A DNA stretch of 64,000 nucleotides from Podarcis gaigeae (GCA_964106915.2 OZ066918.1), one strand, 5' to 3'. Shown: positions 1 to 13,057, counted from the stretch's first letter. Numbers and translations are program-made. Notes: generated by a model not told the origin, from the sequence alone.

Positions 1-570
1 GGAGGGCAGGTTAACCCTTTCCTCTTGCAGTACAAATCCCCCAACGTTGCTATTTGTTCCAATATAGATATCTGTATGTCTCCTCACAGAATTAAAAATT
101 GTGAGTGGAAAATTGGCTTTGATGGGTCACATATCAAACAGGTGCGCTCTCCCTTGCAGCTACACCAAGAAACTCCAGCAGGTTAAAACTTACAAGTGAT
201 TTTTTTCATTTCTCTGGTTACAAATAGAAGTTATAGCTATAGGACCAGAATCCTAAATATCCTTCCTTATGAGCTATTTTGAATTATTGGGATTTACTTC
301 TGTGCAATATAGCCAATTAAAAAATTGTTTATTAAAAATACAGTTATCTCACATGGGAGCTCAAAACATTTTAACATAATTCAAGACCATTAGGATTGGG
401 CTGAAAAAGCACTAGACCAATCTTTTCTCCTGCTGGTCTTGTTAGGGTCACATTTTCATTATCTCTGTCCTATAACTGCTGTACCAGAAAGTACCAACCA
501 CTCCAAATGTCTTTTCATCCAGTTCAATTCTAAAGAAGATAAAAGGGAAGTTCCACCTCTTTTTGTGTAA

Positions 571-1058
571 GCAGAGACATCACCTTGCCAACAAAGGTCC
601 GTATAGTAAAAGCTATGGTTTTCCCAGTAGTGATGTATGGAAGTGAAAGCTGGACCATAAAGAAGGCTGATCGCTGAAGAATTGATGCTTTTGAATTATG
701 GTGCTGGAGGAGACTCTTGAGAGTCCCAGGACTGCAAGAAGATCAAACCTATCAATTCTTAAGGAAATCAGCCCTGAGTGCTCACTGGAAGGACAGATCC
801 TGAAGCTGAGACTCCAATACTTTGGCCACCTCATGAGAAGAGAAGACTCCCTGGAAAAGACCCTGATGTTGGGAAAGATGGAGGGCACAAGGAGAAGGGG
901 ACGACAGAGGACGAGATGGTTGGATAGTGTTCTCGAAGCTACCAGCATGAGTCTGACCAAACTGTGGGAGGCAGTGGAAGAGAGGAGTGCCTGGCGTGCT
1001 CTGGTCCATGGGGTCACGAAGAGTCGGACACGACTAAATGACTAAACAATAACAACAA
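571..1058 (+). mobile_element. BovB (RTE clade) LINE, 5'-truncated 3' fragment
   Basis: ORF C-terminus ..KAMVFPVVMYGSESWTIKKAD / EISPECSLEGQILKLRLQYFGHLMRREDSLEKTLMLGK..WRALVHGVTKSRTRLND; (CAA)n-type tail; in-frame stop and frameshift present. Confidence 0.95.
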
Positions 1059-2769
1059 GTATCTCATCACTAAGGAAATTTGAATGGTGCTAATAAAAAT
1101 TAAAATTGGAGAGTAGCTAAAGCAATGAAACTGGTGCAGCATCCTCCATGCTTTTTAATTTTTTTTTTTTTTGCTATAGCATTCATTTAACAGAAGACCA
1201 GAAGTTATCAGCACATTTCTAAATGTTATTTTATTATCTTTTGGGGGAATGGGGGGGGGGGAATCATACAGCAGACTAGGAAACAGACTGCATGAGAGCA
1301 GTAAATTACTTATAAATAAAATATGGTGACAGACTTCATCTTCTATGCAGTAGGCAAACAGCTCTCTGCTTGTAAAATGCAAATGAGTTGTATTTAAGGT
1401 CTGGCCAGCTGATGAGCACTGCGGTAAGAAAAAAAACCAACCCCCAAAATAAGACCCATTTTCTAGGGCTTAATGGACTAATGAGTCCTAACTTTATTCA
1501 TTGGATTGCTAGGGATATCCACTTAAGAGAGGACCCGTATGATTTTTGTAAAAAGTCATCACAATGGGTCTACAAAAGAAGGAGATAGACTAATATTTTG
1601 AAACAGAAAGGAGGGTAACTGGCAGAATAAAAACTGCAGATACCATCAAATCTCTTAATTTTGGCATTTAATTTTCCTTGCTTGTAATTAGGCTTTCAAA
1701 GGCTAGCACAGATGCGCTGAGTGGTGCCAAAATCAATGCCACATCGCTGATTAAATCTGAATTAAAATAAAGTCGAGATAAGCCCAATTTTTCACACCAT
1801 CTATGTAGAAGAAGTTTATGATGCTGTTCCACTAGTTAGGATTACATATATTCTCACTCTACAGAGGTTTCTATTAGATAACTTCAAATAAGCCATTTAT
1901 GGTGCAAGCTTATTCATGTTTACTCAAAAGAAAGCTCCATTGACCTAAGTGGATCTTACTCCCAGGTAAGTGCACAAAGAATTACAGCTATCTTCCAAGC
2001 ATATTCTTTTCTATCTTACCTTAAAACATTTATAGGCCACCTTTAAGAGTAAAACCTCTCCCAAGGCTGCTTTCCACCATAAAATATTAAATACAATAAA
2101 CATTATCACGCACTAATAAAACCAGCAGAAAAGCAAATACATCTCACCCAGAACACAGCTGAAGCCAAAGTCAATCATAGCTACAGCCAGAGACTATTTG
2201 TTTTTGAACTAATTTGTGCTCTTTAAAAACAACCAAGCATCCTGCAATTATAATTACACATAAGTAGTTTGTTAACATTCTGTTACTTAATAATGTATTA
2301 ACATTCCGTTTTCCTCCTTCTTAATGGTTTGTTTTATTTACACGCATTAACTAATTATTTTATTAGAGGCATAAACTAATTAGGTTTAAAACAAATTAAC
2401 AGGAGCTATGGAACAAAGGGAATGGCTCGATTCGGAATCATGGCAAACCACAGTGAAGGAAGCTTAAGGAATCAGTCATGATTGTGCCAGCCCCAGATCA
2501 GGAGCCAAACATGTTAAAGGCAACTGGGTGACTTAGCATTGCTGAAGCAATCACCATAGATGACAGCGACATGAAAGGGCAGACAAAAGCTGAATGCAGA
2601 AAGGGCAGTAAAAGGATACGAAGTTCCTCAAGTTTAGAAGGTAATTCAGTAGCATCACAGAATTCAAATCAGGATGAGAACGACATCTGAGTTAATGGAA
2701 AATAAAACTTCCTGGGTTGGGTCTAACTAACACAGAAACTAAAAAAAACGAACAGGATGTGGACAGTGC

Positions 2770-3100
2770 AAATTACACCCAATAAAGAAGAATGGATTAA
2801 GCAAAGTGATGGAATATGCTGAATCAACAAAGTTAACAGCTAAAATAAGAGAACTTAATGATGATTGCTTTATTGAAGAATGGAAGCCTTTTCTGGGTTA
2901 CTTAAAGAAATATTATAATGTGATGAAACCGTGAGCAGGATTTGAACTATAAACAACAGAGAGAATTAGGGATTACTGTGTTAGGGTGCAGCAAAGGGAT
3001 AGAAAAGAACATCATCATGGGAAATGGGATGGGATGTCGATAATATGAAAGGGAAATTCATTATGTATTGGAACTTTATGTGCAATATGTGGAAATTTTA
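2770..3100 (+). mobile_element. Degraded L1/Tx1-like LINE 3' end
   Basis: Frameshifted translation ..PNKEEWIK / VMEYAESTKLTAKIRE...EEWKPFLGYLKK, followed by an A-rich 3' region. Family call is by recognition only. Confidence 0.5.
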
Positions 3101-3952
3101 AAAAGAAACAAATTAGACCCTTGACTTGAACAGAAGAAAACATGTTCTCTTGCAGTTCCATCTGCCCTGACTGGGGTATCTTAGATTAGAAGCCGAGGGT
3201 GTTGCCAATAACAGTATTTCTCCTTAGGTGCAATTTAGAGAGACTGGGTGCCTTAGGTCACATCTCTGCACTGTTCATTCACATTATTTTGTACATTTGA
3301 GTTACATCCAAGAGATCAGGGAGGGCAACTGAAACATCTGGTGGATCATCATGGAGCATCAAAAAAAGTATCCAGGGGAAAAAAACACAATAGAAAAAGA
3401 TAAAATAGCCCTTCCTAGGGTATAAAGCAGCTATATATAAAAGAAATGTGTGTGTTGTAATCCATAAACTCATTTTCATTGAATTCTGCAGCAAGTCCTT
3501 GCTCATTTCGGTGGACAAACAACATTTTTTCCTCTCTGCACTTTTCTGGGCAAGAATAAAGCTAATGTGGAATTGCTGTTTTGATGCCTCAGCACTTCTC
3601 AGTGCTACTCTGAAAGTACGAACGACTAATATATGTGCACAATGCGCACCAGAGAACAGGAACAAATATTCATATTTATGATTTGGCTTTTTCTTGCCAA
3701 CAGGCTGTAAGCTTGGTTGCTTTGAAACGAGAGAAATTTCCTAACACACATTATTAGTGCAAACTGTATTTGTGTGTAGGTGGGGAGATTCAGGTAAACC
3801 TCTGCCAACTACTTAGGCATTACTCTTCTACTGTGAACATCCCAGTGGAAAGTGGAAAGGCAAGCATATAGGTAAGCATTTTGATAAGCACCTCTATAGC
3901 AGTGAGAGCCAGGTGCTGGTGTCCCATAGCTCTGTGGCAGAGCACATGTCTG

Positions 3953-4319
3953 TGTTGGAATATAGCTCCGTTCCACCTTAAAAAGGGAACAGGCTGTTGT
4001 GTGTCACATGCCTGTTTACTTCCTGCTCGCTGGGAGTTTCCGTTTTGTATATAGCTTTCGTTTTGGCTGTTTTTCCTGGACATGGAGGCAAGCAGTCATG
4101 TTTTTCCTTTGTTCCGATCTACGTTGAATAAAGCTGTAAATATGTTCTCCTGTCTGAATCTTCTAATGTGGAGACTGCTAAAAGGATGTGAACGAGTCTT
4201 AGAATGTCTCTGAGACTTGTGTCCCTAATTGACTGATACTGTTCCACGGGAGACCGGTGATCGTCCGGAGATGATTGGGGCCTGCCTGATGGCTCCGTCT
4301 CCCTGGCAGTATTCCAACA
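3953..4319 (+). mobile_element. Solo LTR (367 bp)
   Basis: 10-bp terminal inverted repeat TGTTGGAATA...TATTCCAACA; 5-bp TSD GTCTG (3948-3952 and 4320-4324); TATATA at 4048 and AATAAA at 4127. Confidence 0.85.
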
Positions 4320-4417
4320 GTCTGTATGTAGGCACTCCTGTGTTCCATCCTTGCTACCTCTAGATAAAACTCAGAAAGAATCCTGTCTGAAACCTTGTAG
4401 TCACTGTCAGCAAGTGT

Positions 4418-5037
4418 TGTTGCAGGAACCCCCCCCCCCCGAATCATTCAGTTTGTACAAACAAGACACATACACACTCATACGCGACGCTTCATTTAAT
4501 GAAACTTCCCTGAACGTACCAACACGTCCGCAGTGAGCCCTACCCAGCTGGCATGCCAACCTTGATGGTCCTAGCCAGAAGATCATTACACTCACAAAGG
4601 ACCTGCATACGGAAGTGGATTCAGTATGGACTGAAACAAAGGACAGTGACCAGCCCTTCCTCTGGGGGCAGGAAACAGTGAACTCCTCTTTATCCTCAGG
4701 AATGTAATCATGGGGAGGGGGAAAGGAGGAACCGGACAGGTGACAAGACACTCAGGTTACCACCACAACTCCTCCCTGAACCCCTCCTCTTTGTGATGTG
4801 TCAATGATGTAGTCATGATGTAGTCTTAGGGGTGTAGCATGGGGGATTAGTAGCTAATAAAAGCTGGGGTCTTCTTTTGTTCAGGGCTTCCATCTTGTTT
4901 CACCTGGTGGCAGGTGGGAGTCCTGTCGCGACAGTCTTCAATAAAGACCAAGCCTACTGGCTGCTGTTTTGCTCTGGTATTCCTGGCTGGTGTCCTTGTT
5001 TTTTGTCCAAGGGAGCCCTCAGATTTCTCCGTTAACA
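4418..5037 (+). mobile_element. Solo LTR (620 bp), second family
   Basis: TGTT...AACA termini; 4-bp TSD GTGT (4414-4417 and 5038-5041); AATAAA at 4940. Confidence 0.8.
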
Positions 5038-5144
5038 GTGTAAACACTACTGATGTAGATGTTCCAATGGTCTGACTAGGTATACGACGACTACGGTAAT
5101 TACATTCCTAGAAGGGCTCTAGAGATGCTTTGCTATTTCTATTG

Positions 5145-5287
5145 TAGAACCATAGAGTTGGAAGGGACCACAAGGATCACCTAGTTCAACTCCTTGCAAT
5201 GCAGGAATCTTTTTGCCCAACGTGGGGCTCAAACTCATGACTCTTGAGATTAAGAGTCACATGCTCTACTGGCTGAGCTATCCTGCA
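5145..5287 (-). mobile_element. tRNA-Lys(CTT)-derived SINE with CR1-type 3' tail
   Basis: Minus strand gatagctcagccagtagagcatgtgactcttaatctc...gagccccacgttgggca resembles tRNA-Lys; it is followed by ..gtggtcccttccaactctatggttcta, a CR1-type 3' end. Confidence 0.8.
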
Positions 5288-5507
5288 GGGCTTGGTAGAG
5301 TATAGAGCTGCTCTTTAATATAAAGAAACTTACTAAAATGCCCTTATCAAATAGTTTTGATGCAAAATAAGCTAAGCACCTCTAGTTTAAAGATAGACAA
5401 ACTATAAGGGAAAAAACACCCCATATTGCCATCATTTAAGGATTTATTATTATTATTTTAAACACCCTCAGTGTTAATAAAATGATAAGGACAAAACATG
5501 TACTTAC

Positions 5508-5622
5508 TGGAAAGAACTGTTGTGAGGAAGATATAGTCAGAAAAGGAGATCAAACCGCATTCTCCAAGTGCATAAAAGATGCTGTCTTCATCTGCAAACT
5601 TTTCACGTTCCTGGGAGATTCT
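5508..5622 (-). CDS. MICU1: MICU1 exon 6: [38 protein letters not shown](T)
   Basis: Acceptor gtttaaaatag|AGA ATC TCC CAG GAA; donor TCC A|gtaagt. 115 nt; near-identical to human [38 protein letters not shown]. Confidence 0.98.
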
Positions 5623-5953
5623 CTATTTTAAACAACCAAAAGCACGATGTTCCCAAGAGAAGAAAAATAAACTCAGTTTAAAAAGCCAGGAGTTAAAACA
5701 AGACCACATCTTTTACACTTTTAATATTGTTGCCTCTACCCATCCCTTTCCCTAAATAAACCCCCTCCTATTGTCATTCTAGATAACTTTTCCAGCCTTT
5801 AAATTTGTCAGTTGTTTCTTGAAGATTAAGATAAGAATCAAGCTTTATTCTCTATCTTACAACACACATTTCAACCCAGAAGAGTCAGCTCAAACGGCGC
5901 CTCACTGTTCCCTCCCACCAGCCTAATTGTTTGCAAAATGCTAAGGTATTCTA

Positions 5954-6058
5954 TTCGACCAAACTGCAGGAGGCAGTGGAGGACAGAGGTGCCTGGCGTT
6001 CTCTGGTCCATGGGGTCACGAAGAGTCGGACATGACTAAATGACTAAACAACAACAAC
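5954..6058 (+). mobile_element. Extremely 5'-truncated BovB (or Sauria-SINE-type tail)
   Basis: Matches 955-1058; (CAA)n tail; 11-bp TSD AAGGTATTCTA (5943-5953 and 6059-6069). Confidence 0.9.
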
Positions 6059-7036
6059 AAGGTATTCTAAGGGCTCTTTATTGCCATTCTTTATATAGTA
6101 GGCACAAGGAATTTCACTGTCAGTTTCGTGTTTCTGTTAAAATAAAAAAAAGTAACATATTAGTACTTGGGATTGAGGGCCCCTGCTTTGAATAAGCAAA
6201 ACAACAACCCTTTCAGCAAAGTTTCTTACAGCAACTACTTCAGTTGCAATGCAGGTCTGATACAGACCCAAGGATGCCCCTCTCTGAACCATGGTAATTA
6301 AATTAGGAGCAGGCTGCAGGAGTTATGGTAAACAATAGTTTGGGTTACATGTACACTGATGCAAACCATCGTTAATGCTAACCATGGTTCCCCTGAAACT
6401 AGAAATTGTAACGATGGCATGAAGTAGGTTTGCAGAACATAGCTTCATGAGTTAGTCTCAACTGTTGTTTGCATCACTGCACATTCAATGCAAAACCCTT
6501 GTTAACCCTAGAAATGGAAAGGAGAGGAAAAGTTGCTACAAGGAGAGAAAGAAGTAGGATACACCTATGCTTCACTCCTGATCTCCGCACCATGGTTAAG
6601 ATATCAACAACATCACATCTGAAGTGGACTTTGGTGAAATAAAGCACACTTATGGTCATTGCACTGCAGACCACACAAGTGTTCTCCCTTTACCCTACCA
6701 CACACACAAGATAAATTGCTGAACTCAAGAGCGCTAAACCATTTTGACAACTGAAGATTTAAAGGCTGAAAAGTATGCACAAAGTGGGTTAGAGGTTGGG
6801 TTCTAAATTTACTAGTTCAGAAGTATTAAAAGACATCTCATACACACACACACACACACAGAGGAAAGAAAAATATTAAAGGACGGAGTGGAGTTGTGGT
6901 TAATGTGTATGAAAACATGCAGGCACAGAAGCACCGAAATAGCAAGCTTAAGTTAAGGAACAATACTAGGGAACAAAGAGAGACACCACCAACAGCACAC
7001 CAGGGGACAGTTATACAACTGTCCCCTATCTGTTAC

Positions 7037-7042
7037 CTCTGT
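7037..7042 (-). CDS. MICU1: MICU1 6-nt microexon TE
   Basis: tctttcctttatcttg...cctcgctag|ACA GAG|gtaaca. Phase 0/0; gives DGK-TE-RISQE, matching the human DGKTEKISQE isoform as I recall it. Confidence 0.85.
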
Positions 7043-10000
7043 CTAGCGAGGATCCCATCATATACAAGATAAAGGAAAGACAATTTGTTAAGCAATGACA
7101 CTTAAAGCACATCGAAAGCACATCAAAAACATTGCAGCATCTTTTGATCTGTTACTTTTGAAGACCTAAGGAAAATTTGGAGCAATTAACCAGTCCTGGT
7201 TACTGTATGTTCTTAATTAAGAAATGTAGACAAGAGCCCCAGGAGAGACAGTCTCTTGAGGTTCAGATGCCTATGAAGGTTTTCATCCCAGTTCTGTCTT
7301 GCAAAGCTCATTGTATTTAAATTGGAAACAGTCCATTGAATTTAGATAAAAGTTAGGCATTATCTGGTCCGCAAAGTTACAGCGGAAAACAGTAATCACA
7401 CTGATTAAAAACTGCAAGTTCTAATTAAAGCCAAAATCTACTAGGCTTACACAAATGTGCACACAGTTCTTATTTTGTCAATGAGAGGCTGCAAAAATGT
7501 CAGATGAGAAATCGTTAACAATAATCTGAAACATTTAACAGTGCAAACACTTTTAGGGAATATCAGAATGCATCCTAATGCTAAGGGTACATTTTCAATA
7601 AACAAATGGTTTTTGCCTTACCAATACCATTTTGATACTGCTTCGAAATAAGTAACATTGTGGAAAAAGTTTTACACGGGCTCATAATTAACTTATTAAT
7701 TATGTTAATGCTGTATATTTACCTCTTTACCTGAGATAGTTTGCAGATTTTGCATCTTTTATAGCATGTATTTAAGTAACCAAGGCAGTATTTATGATCC
7801 AAGTAACTCCCATTTTAACACCAAACGTTAGATGAAGACTATGTGCTATCAGTGATATATGGGAATACAATCACAGTATCACACATTTGTTTCAGGACCC
7901 AGAATTTCAGGACCCTGATGTTTATCTTAAGATTAAAGTTCTGGAAACATGCATTTATGAACAAATTCCAGTGTTCTATTTTTTTTTTTGGGGGGGGGAG
8001 GTCTGGGATCTATTTAGATAAACACAAATGCATGGCCACATCAAGAAATCGCTGACGTTCCCCCCCTGGATGGCAGACCCCGTGCCATTTGACAAACTAC
8101 TTCCAGAGCTCCCGTCTCAGTTTCAAGCAAGGTTTACCATGCAGAATGGAAGGCTGAAATTCAAGAAACTCTTGTAAGGCCCCTTGGACACATGGAACTA
8201 GTCCCAAGGTTCCTAGGATCCAAGCCAAGAATTTGACCCAGCCGTATTGATTAGCCATTGCTACTGCAATTCACTTTAAAGAAGGATCACGGCTGTGATT
8301 GGTTGGAACTCACATTCTTAGATGAGGCTCTGGGCAGATTTCCCACAATGCAATTAGCTTGGCATTCCCCCTCTATTTTATTATGTATCTTAAAGACTTA
8401 AGAATTTAGACAGTTATGATCCTAAATAGACTTAACTTACCAGTCTCCTTTCCAAAAGGATTTTCTCATAAAGTGTATTTGCTGATTTAGCAAAACCATT
8501 GTGTTGTTATCGTTTTTAAAGGGGGTGTAGTTTCAAAATTAAAGCATTCAAAACACTTTCAACTTCCATGTTGCACTTCTAGAAAGTTTACATGTGAATG
8601 AAACTTAAGGGGAAACCACCTCAATAATTATAATACACTTTCCTGTTCTGGATAACTTTTAAAATATACATAGTGAATGCAGGGTGGGGGGTGGGGTTGG
8701 TTAGAATGGGTTAAATCTATTTTACGAAACCATTAGACTAGGAAAAGAACCATATTCACCCAAAACTATTGAGAATTTTTTTAATGTCAGACTTCTACTG
8801 GAATTCATTATAGAATTTTCCCCTGCACTGAGAGCAATAGCTATTGATAGATAATTAGTATTTAAACATGGTCAGAATGCAAGATGCACATTTGTGTTAT
8901 AGTCCTGAATACCACTGAGTGAGCTTCCTATTCCCTCTGCAATTCTGTATATTAATTCTACAGGCATAAAATCAATCGCTCAAGCGCACTCCATTAAAAT
9001 GCATTTTCTCTTGTGTATAAAACTGAGTTCTATGAATCTCAACACCACCCTCCCCCAATGATATTTGCCGTTGCTCTTTCTTGCTGCACAATGCGTCGTT
9101 ACATTTGAAGGAATCCAATGCACGGTATTTAAAAAGCAAACTCAACATGCAAATGGAGATAGGGGGAAAAGCAGTCAGTGGTATTTTGTTAGTGTTAATA
9201 TACCAGCCTCCTCGCCTTATCACCAGTATGAATAATATTAAAATAACTTCAGCACAACCCTCACATGGTATGCCCTTTATGCAACTGGATGCTAAATTAA
9301 TTTCCAGCATCCAAAGCTAATTTAGTTTATTTGTCAAAATTAAGAAAGGAGTAAACACTTTATTATATGAAACTCCCACTTGCTTTGGATATATTGCTCC
9401 AAAAGACCCTGGCTAGGAAAGGCAGTTTAGCCTACTGAAAAATGATGAATTAATCAAATCAATAGGGCTTGTTCAGAGTGTTGATCGAAGTTCACAACAC
9501 AGATAAGGTGGAGAAAATGCACAATTCATTAGGACAGAGATTATTTACAATCACATTTCTGGAGTTGAGACATCCTGTTAGCCACAAGCATACAAGGCAA
9601 ACATACAGACTTAGGCATACTTCAGTTAAATATATATATATATCACCACAAGCAAGAATATGCATATACAGAAGAACTGAACAATTCAGTTTCCACCAAA
9701 TAGATTTAGACCATCGGCTAAGTGAACAATCAAAGCAATGCTTCTTGCAGATGTTGCTGTACATGAAGCATGCAGGAGAAGTGAATAACTATGACAAAAC
9801 AGAACAGCCCATCTGTCAAAAGGACAGCAAGAAAGACTGTGAATACCCATTTTGCCCAATGGGTTGAATCATGGAAGGCAATACATCTACGTATTTATCT
9901 TCCGGAGTACTATGATAATGTTGCATCTAATAAAACAGAAAAGAAATCCACATGTGTGCTATTGAATTCATTTCAGAAAGTCATGATATGAGGGGAAATG

Positions 10001-10208
10001 TTGCTAGGATTGGCCCTCTTTGAGAAATGAGGTAGGACAAATGTTTTTCTTTCCATCCCTAAGAACTTGGAAGTACAGGAGTTCCTCTAGCTTCCTGCTT
10101 ATCTTGGAAGAAAGAAATAGCAAATGCATTGTCACAATAGCAGAAACCTGAGGGTAATTCTACACTGGGCATATTTCACAATCATAGGATCAGGCTTACT
10201 GTCTGGAC

Positions 10209-10448
10209 CAGGGGTAGGCAAACTAAGGCCCAGGGGCCAGATGCGGCCCAATCGCCTTCTCAATCCGGCCCGCGGATGGTCCAGGAATCAGTGTGTTTTT
10301 ACATGAGTAGAAAGTGTCCTTTTATTTAAAATGCATCTCTGGGTTATAGGAATTCATTCATTATTTCCCCCCCAAAATATAGTCCAGCCCACCACATGGT
10401 CTGAGGGACAGTGGACTGGCCCCCGCTAAAAAAGTTTGCTGACCCCTG
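10209..10448. mobile_element. hAT-Charlie-type MITE
   Basis: TIRs CAGGGGTAGGCAAACT / AGTTTGCTGACCCCTG; perfect 8-bp TSD GTCTGGAC. Confidence 0.9.
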
Positions 10449-10822
10449 GTCTGGACCATTCAAGTCAAAAGGAGTTAAGATGTTTACAGAAGGGGAAATG
10501 GATCCACCCACTCACGTACTGTATATATGGGATATTCTGTTTTACTTCCTGTATCCCTATAGGTCTAAGGGGCATTATACCATGTAAAACCATGAGTCCA
10601 TCTTGCCCTGTCTTATCTAGCTATACAGACTAGTAGGGGCAACCCAGAGTTTCACTACTTATATATTCACTGGCCAAACAGGAGTTGGTAGAGATGCTTT
10701 ATTGTTCTATTCATGTGGCTGTTGAAAGGCAAGATAGATAGATGTATTCATTTGAACAAAGGAATATTTGCAGAGACAGTGTTCTCTGTATTGAGGAAGA
10801 AAATGCCTGACCTAGTTTAAAG

Positions 10823-11472
10823 TAGGATTGCCACTTTTAAGTCAACCAAATTAATGACAGCCAGGTCCACCACCACATGAATGGAGCAATATGAGGACGA
10901 CACCCGAAGGCCTTATTGTAAAGCACAGTCAAGTGGTTTGACTTCTTAGGATTACTGAACACCGGCTAAAAAACAACAGCCCACCAATGTCTAATAGACT
11001 GGGATCTTCCTAACCAGCAATTTCAATTGTCAGAACAGATATAACATGGTGTTACAGGCTGGATTCAACTAAACAGTTGTGCTAGTGACAGCAAGCATAA
11101 GTCCTGTTAGTGGAACAGGGCTTCGCCCCCACACTGTGCGCCCCCCAATCAGCTTGACAAGGGCTGTAGGGGTGGGGGGGATACCTCCAGAAATTGTTCC
11201 ATCTGAAAAGCAAATAATGTTTGCACTGATAGAACACATGAATCTCCACAGCACTGTCCAATCAATAATGTACTCTGATTTATTAGTTTGTTTTTAAAAC
11301 ATACTTGGCAGAACACATATTTGAAGTGGAAGGCGAGACAGGCGATAGTTCTGGGGTGGGGATATTTGGCCTTCTGAGAAAACGTGAGTCAAACTTTGCC
11401 CTTAATATATGCTTTTGACTCATAGTTCCCCAACTATAAACACACTAAAATTATAAGCAGGTGGCAATCTTA
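10823..11472. mobile_element. Old non-autonomous hAT (Tip100-like) element
   Basis: Termini TAGGATTGCCAC / GTGGCAATCTTA; degenerate 8-bp flanks gtttaaag / gttcaaaa. Confidence 0.55.
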
Positions 11473-13057
11473 GTTCAAAAGTCACTAGCATGAATTTCAA
11501 TAGCTTAGCTAAACCCAGAATAGTACTTTGCTCAGTAGCATTTGTGCACCCCAGTTAGACAATTATTTCTCTGTTAAGTCATGTAAAACTGACCATTGGT
11601 ATTACGACATGAAAGAAGGAGGTGAATGTTCAGTGATGTTATCCATGCCACTAATGCTTATGCTTCAATACCATTTTTCTGTGTGTGAAAATATGTGATA
11701 ATCTTAAGCAATCATTGCATAGCTTCCTTCTCCAAATCTAAACAATATATGCTACAGAAGTTTCCCCGCAATCCTTAATAATTTGGATCTCATTGTGCAT
11801 TCTTTCAGATTAAAGAAGCTGTATAATCTTTTTTCTTGCGGGGAGGATGAATGCTTAAGATTCTGTGTGTTCTGAGTTTGCTGTAATGCCATTCTCTTTC
11901 AGTCCCCGTTGACCACATCCAGTTTTGCTAACTGCACAATATTACAGAATTCGATGTTCTTTCCATTTCATTGGCAGCTCAGGCAGCTAAGCACATATTT
12001 GGGAATAGTTTGCATTCAACTTAATGTGAATTGTTCCTGAGTAAATATGCATAGGAGTAGCCTGAAATGATCTTGGAGAAAATAATGTATTTTAAAACGT
12101 TAGGTAGGTCTTCACTAGTTCAGTTCAGCGAAGACTTGCCAGGAAAGAGGCACCCCAAGTTTCTATAAGCGTGTTTAAGAAGAGACTGCATCTTTACCTG
12201 TAACATCTTACTAAAGAGTGAACATCCATTTCTGCTTGCTACTTAACTAAACACTAAATTCAGGCAAGGAAAGCAGTTATCCTTTCCCAAGAAGATGCAT
12301 AACACCTTTTCAATTAATACACTGTATCATTTAGTAATTCATACAGAGAGACACCTTAAATGTTCCTCTGGCTCCTTAGTTCTGTGATGCGATGTGATGT
12401 TTTAATGGGTGTTAATTAAAATGTGTTAGCTAAATATTTCTTTAAAAAATATCACCTTTTTGGGGGACTAGACTTTGCCTGTGCAAGTACACTTCATGGC
12501 CACACTTGGATAACTATGTTTATTGTGAAAGGAATGAGTCCAAGCAAAGCTCAGGCTTAGACGCTCTCCTCACGCCCTCCAGTGTGGCCAAAGGGACACG
12601 ACTGGAAAACTTTGTTTCCAGTTTCATTTAATCATGGTTTAGTGCATATGCTTTGAACCTCCATTTCCTCCAGCCAGCATGGCCAATGTTCAGGAAAGAT
12701 AGGAACTGTAGTCCAAAACATCTGATAGACATTACATCTTATTGATGTTATTGCAAAAAAACAAACAAAAAACAAAACAAAAAAACACAACCAAGTTTCA
12801 AAACCCAAAGTTTGGACCTGGTTTGTTTGGACCTAGGTTTGTCCCTATCACAATTTGCAGCCATTACATATCATGGTCTACTTGGATGGTTTTAACTCTT
12901 TTAATTTAAATCAAAGAGTTTTTAATTAATTTATCTCATTTAATTAGACAAACTTATGTTTAGACAATGGTATGTTGAGATAATCGTATCAGTTTAACAA
13001 GTCAAGATGCAAGCAAACATTTTTGCCTATGTGGCACAAACAATCGAAACCAACAAG

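Larger units (their letters stand above)
3921..5095 (+). mobile_element. Squam3-like tRNA-derived SINE, split into three pieces by two LTR insertions
   Basis: Removing both LTRs and their TSDs rebuilds ccatagctctgtggcagagca...ctgaaaccttg...gtcag..agtgtaaacactactga..tagatg..ccaatggtctgact, resembling the squamate SINE consensus. Confidence 0.65.

Noticed and set aside
613-1045. Overlapping ORFs repeated at 23008-23558, suggesting a duplicated gene
   Set aside because: They are sense and antisense frames of BovB fragments.
5214-5287. Functional tRNA-Lys gene
   Set aside because: Mutated T-arm and stems, fused to a CR1 tail; this is a SINE head.
1-5507. MICU1 exon 7 (TPQRNFEIAFKMFD) and, at the other end of the window, exon 1/promoter
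   Set aside because: Searched by eye and not found; both presumably lie outside the window.
7715-7740. Possible 8-nt microexon ctcag|GTAAAGAG|gtaaat
   Set aside because: No pyrimidine tract and a frame-shifting length; unsupported.
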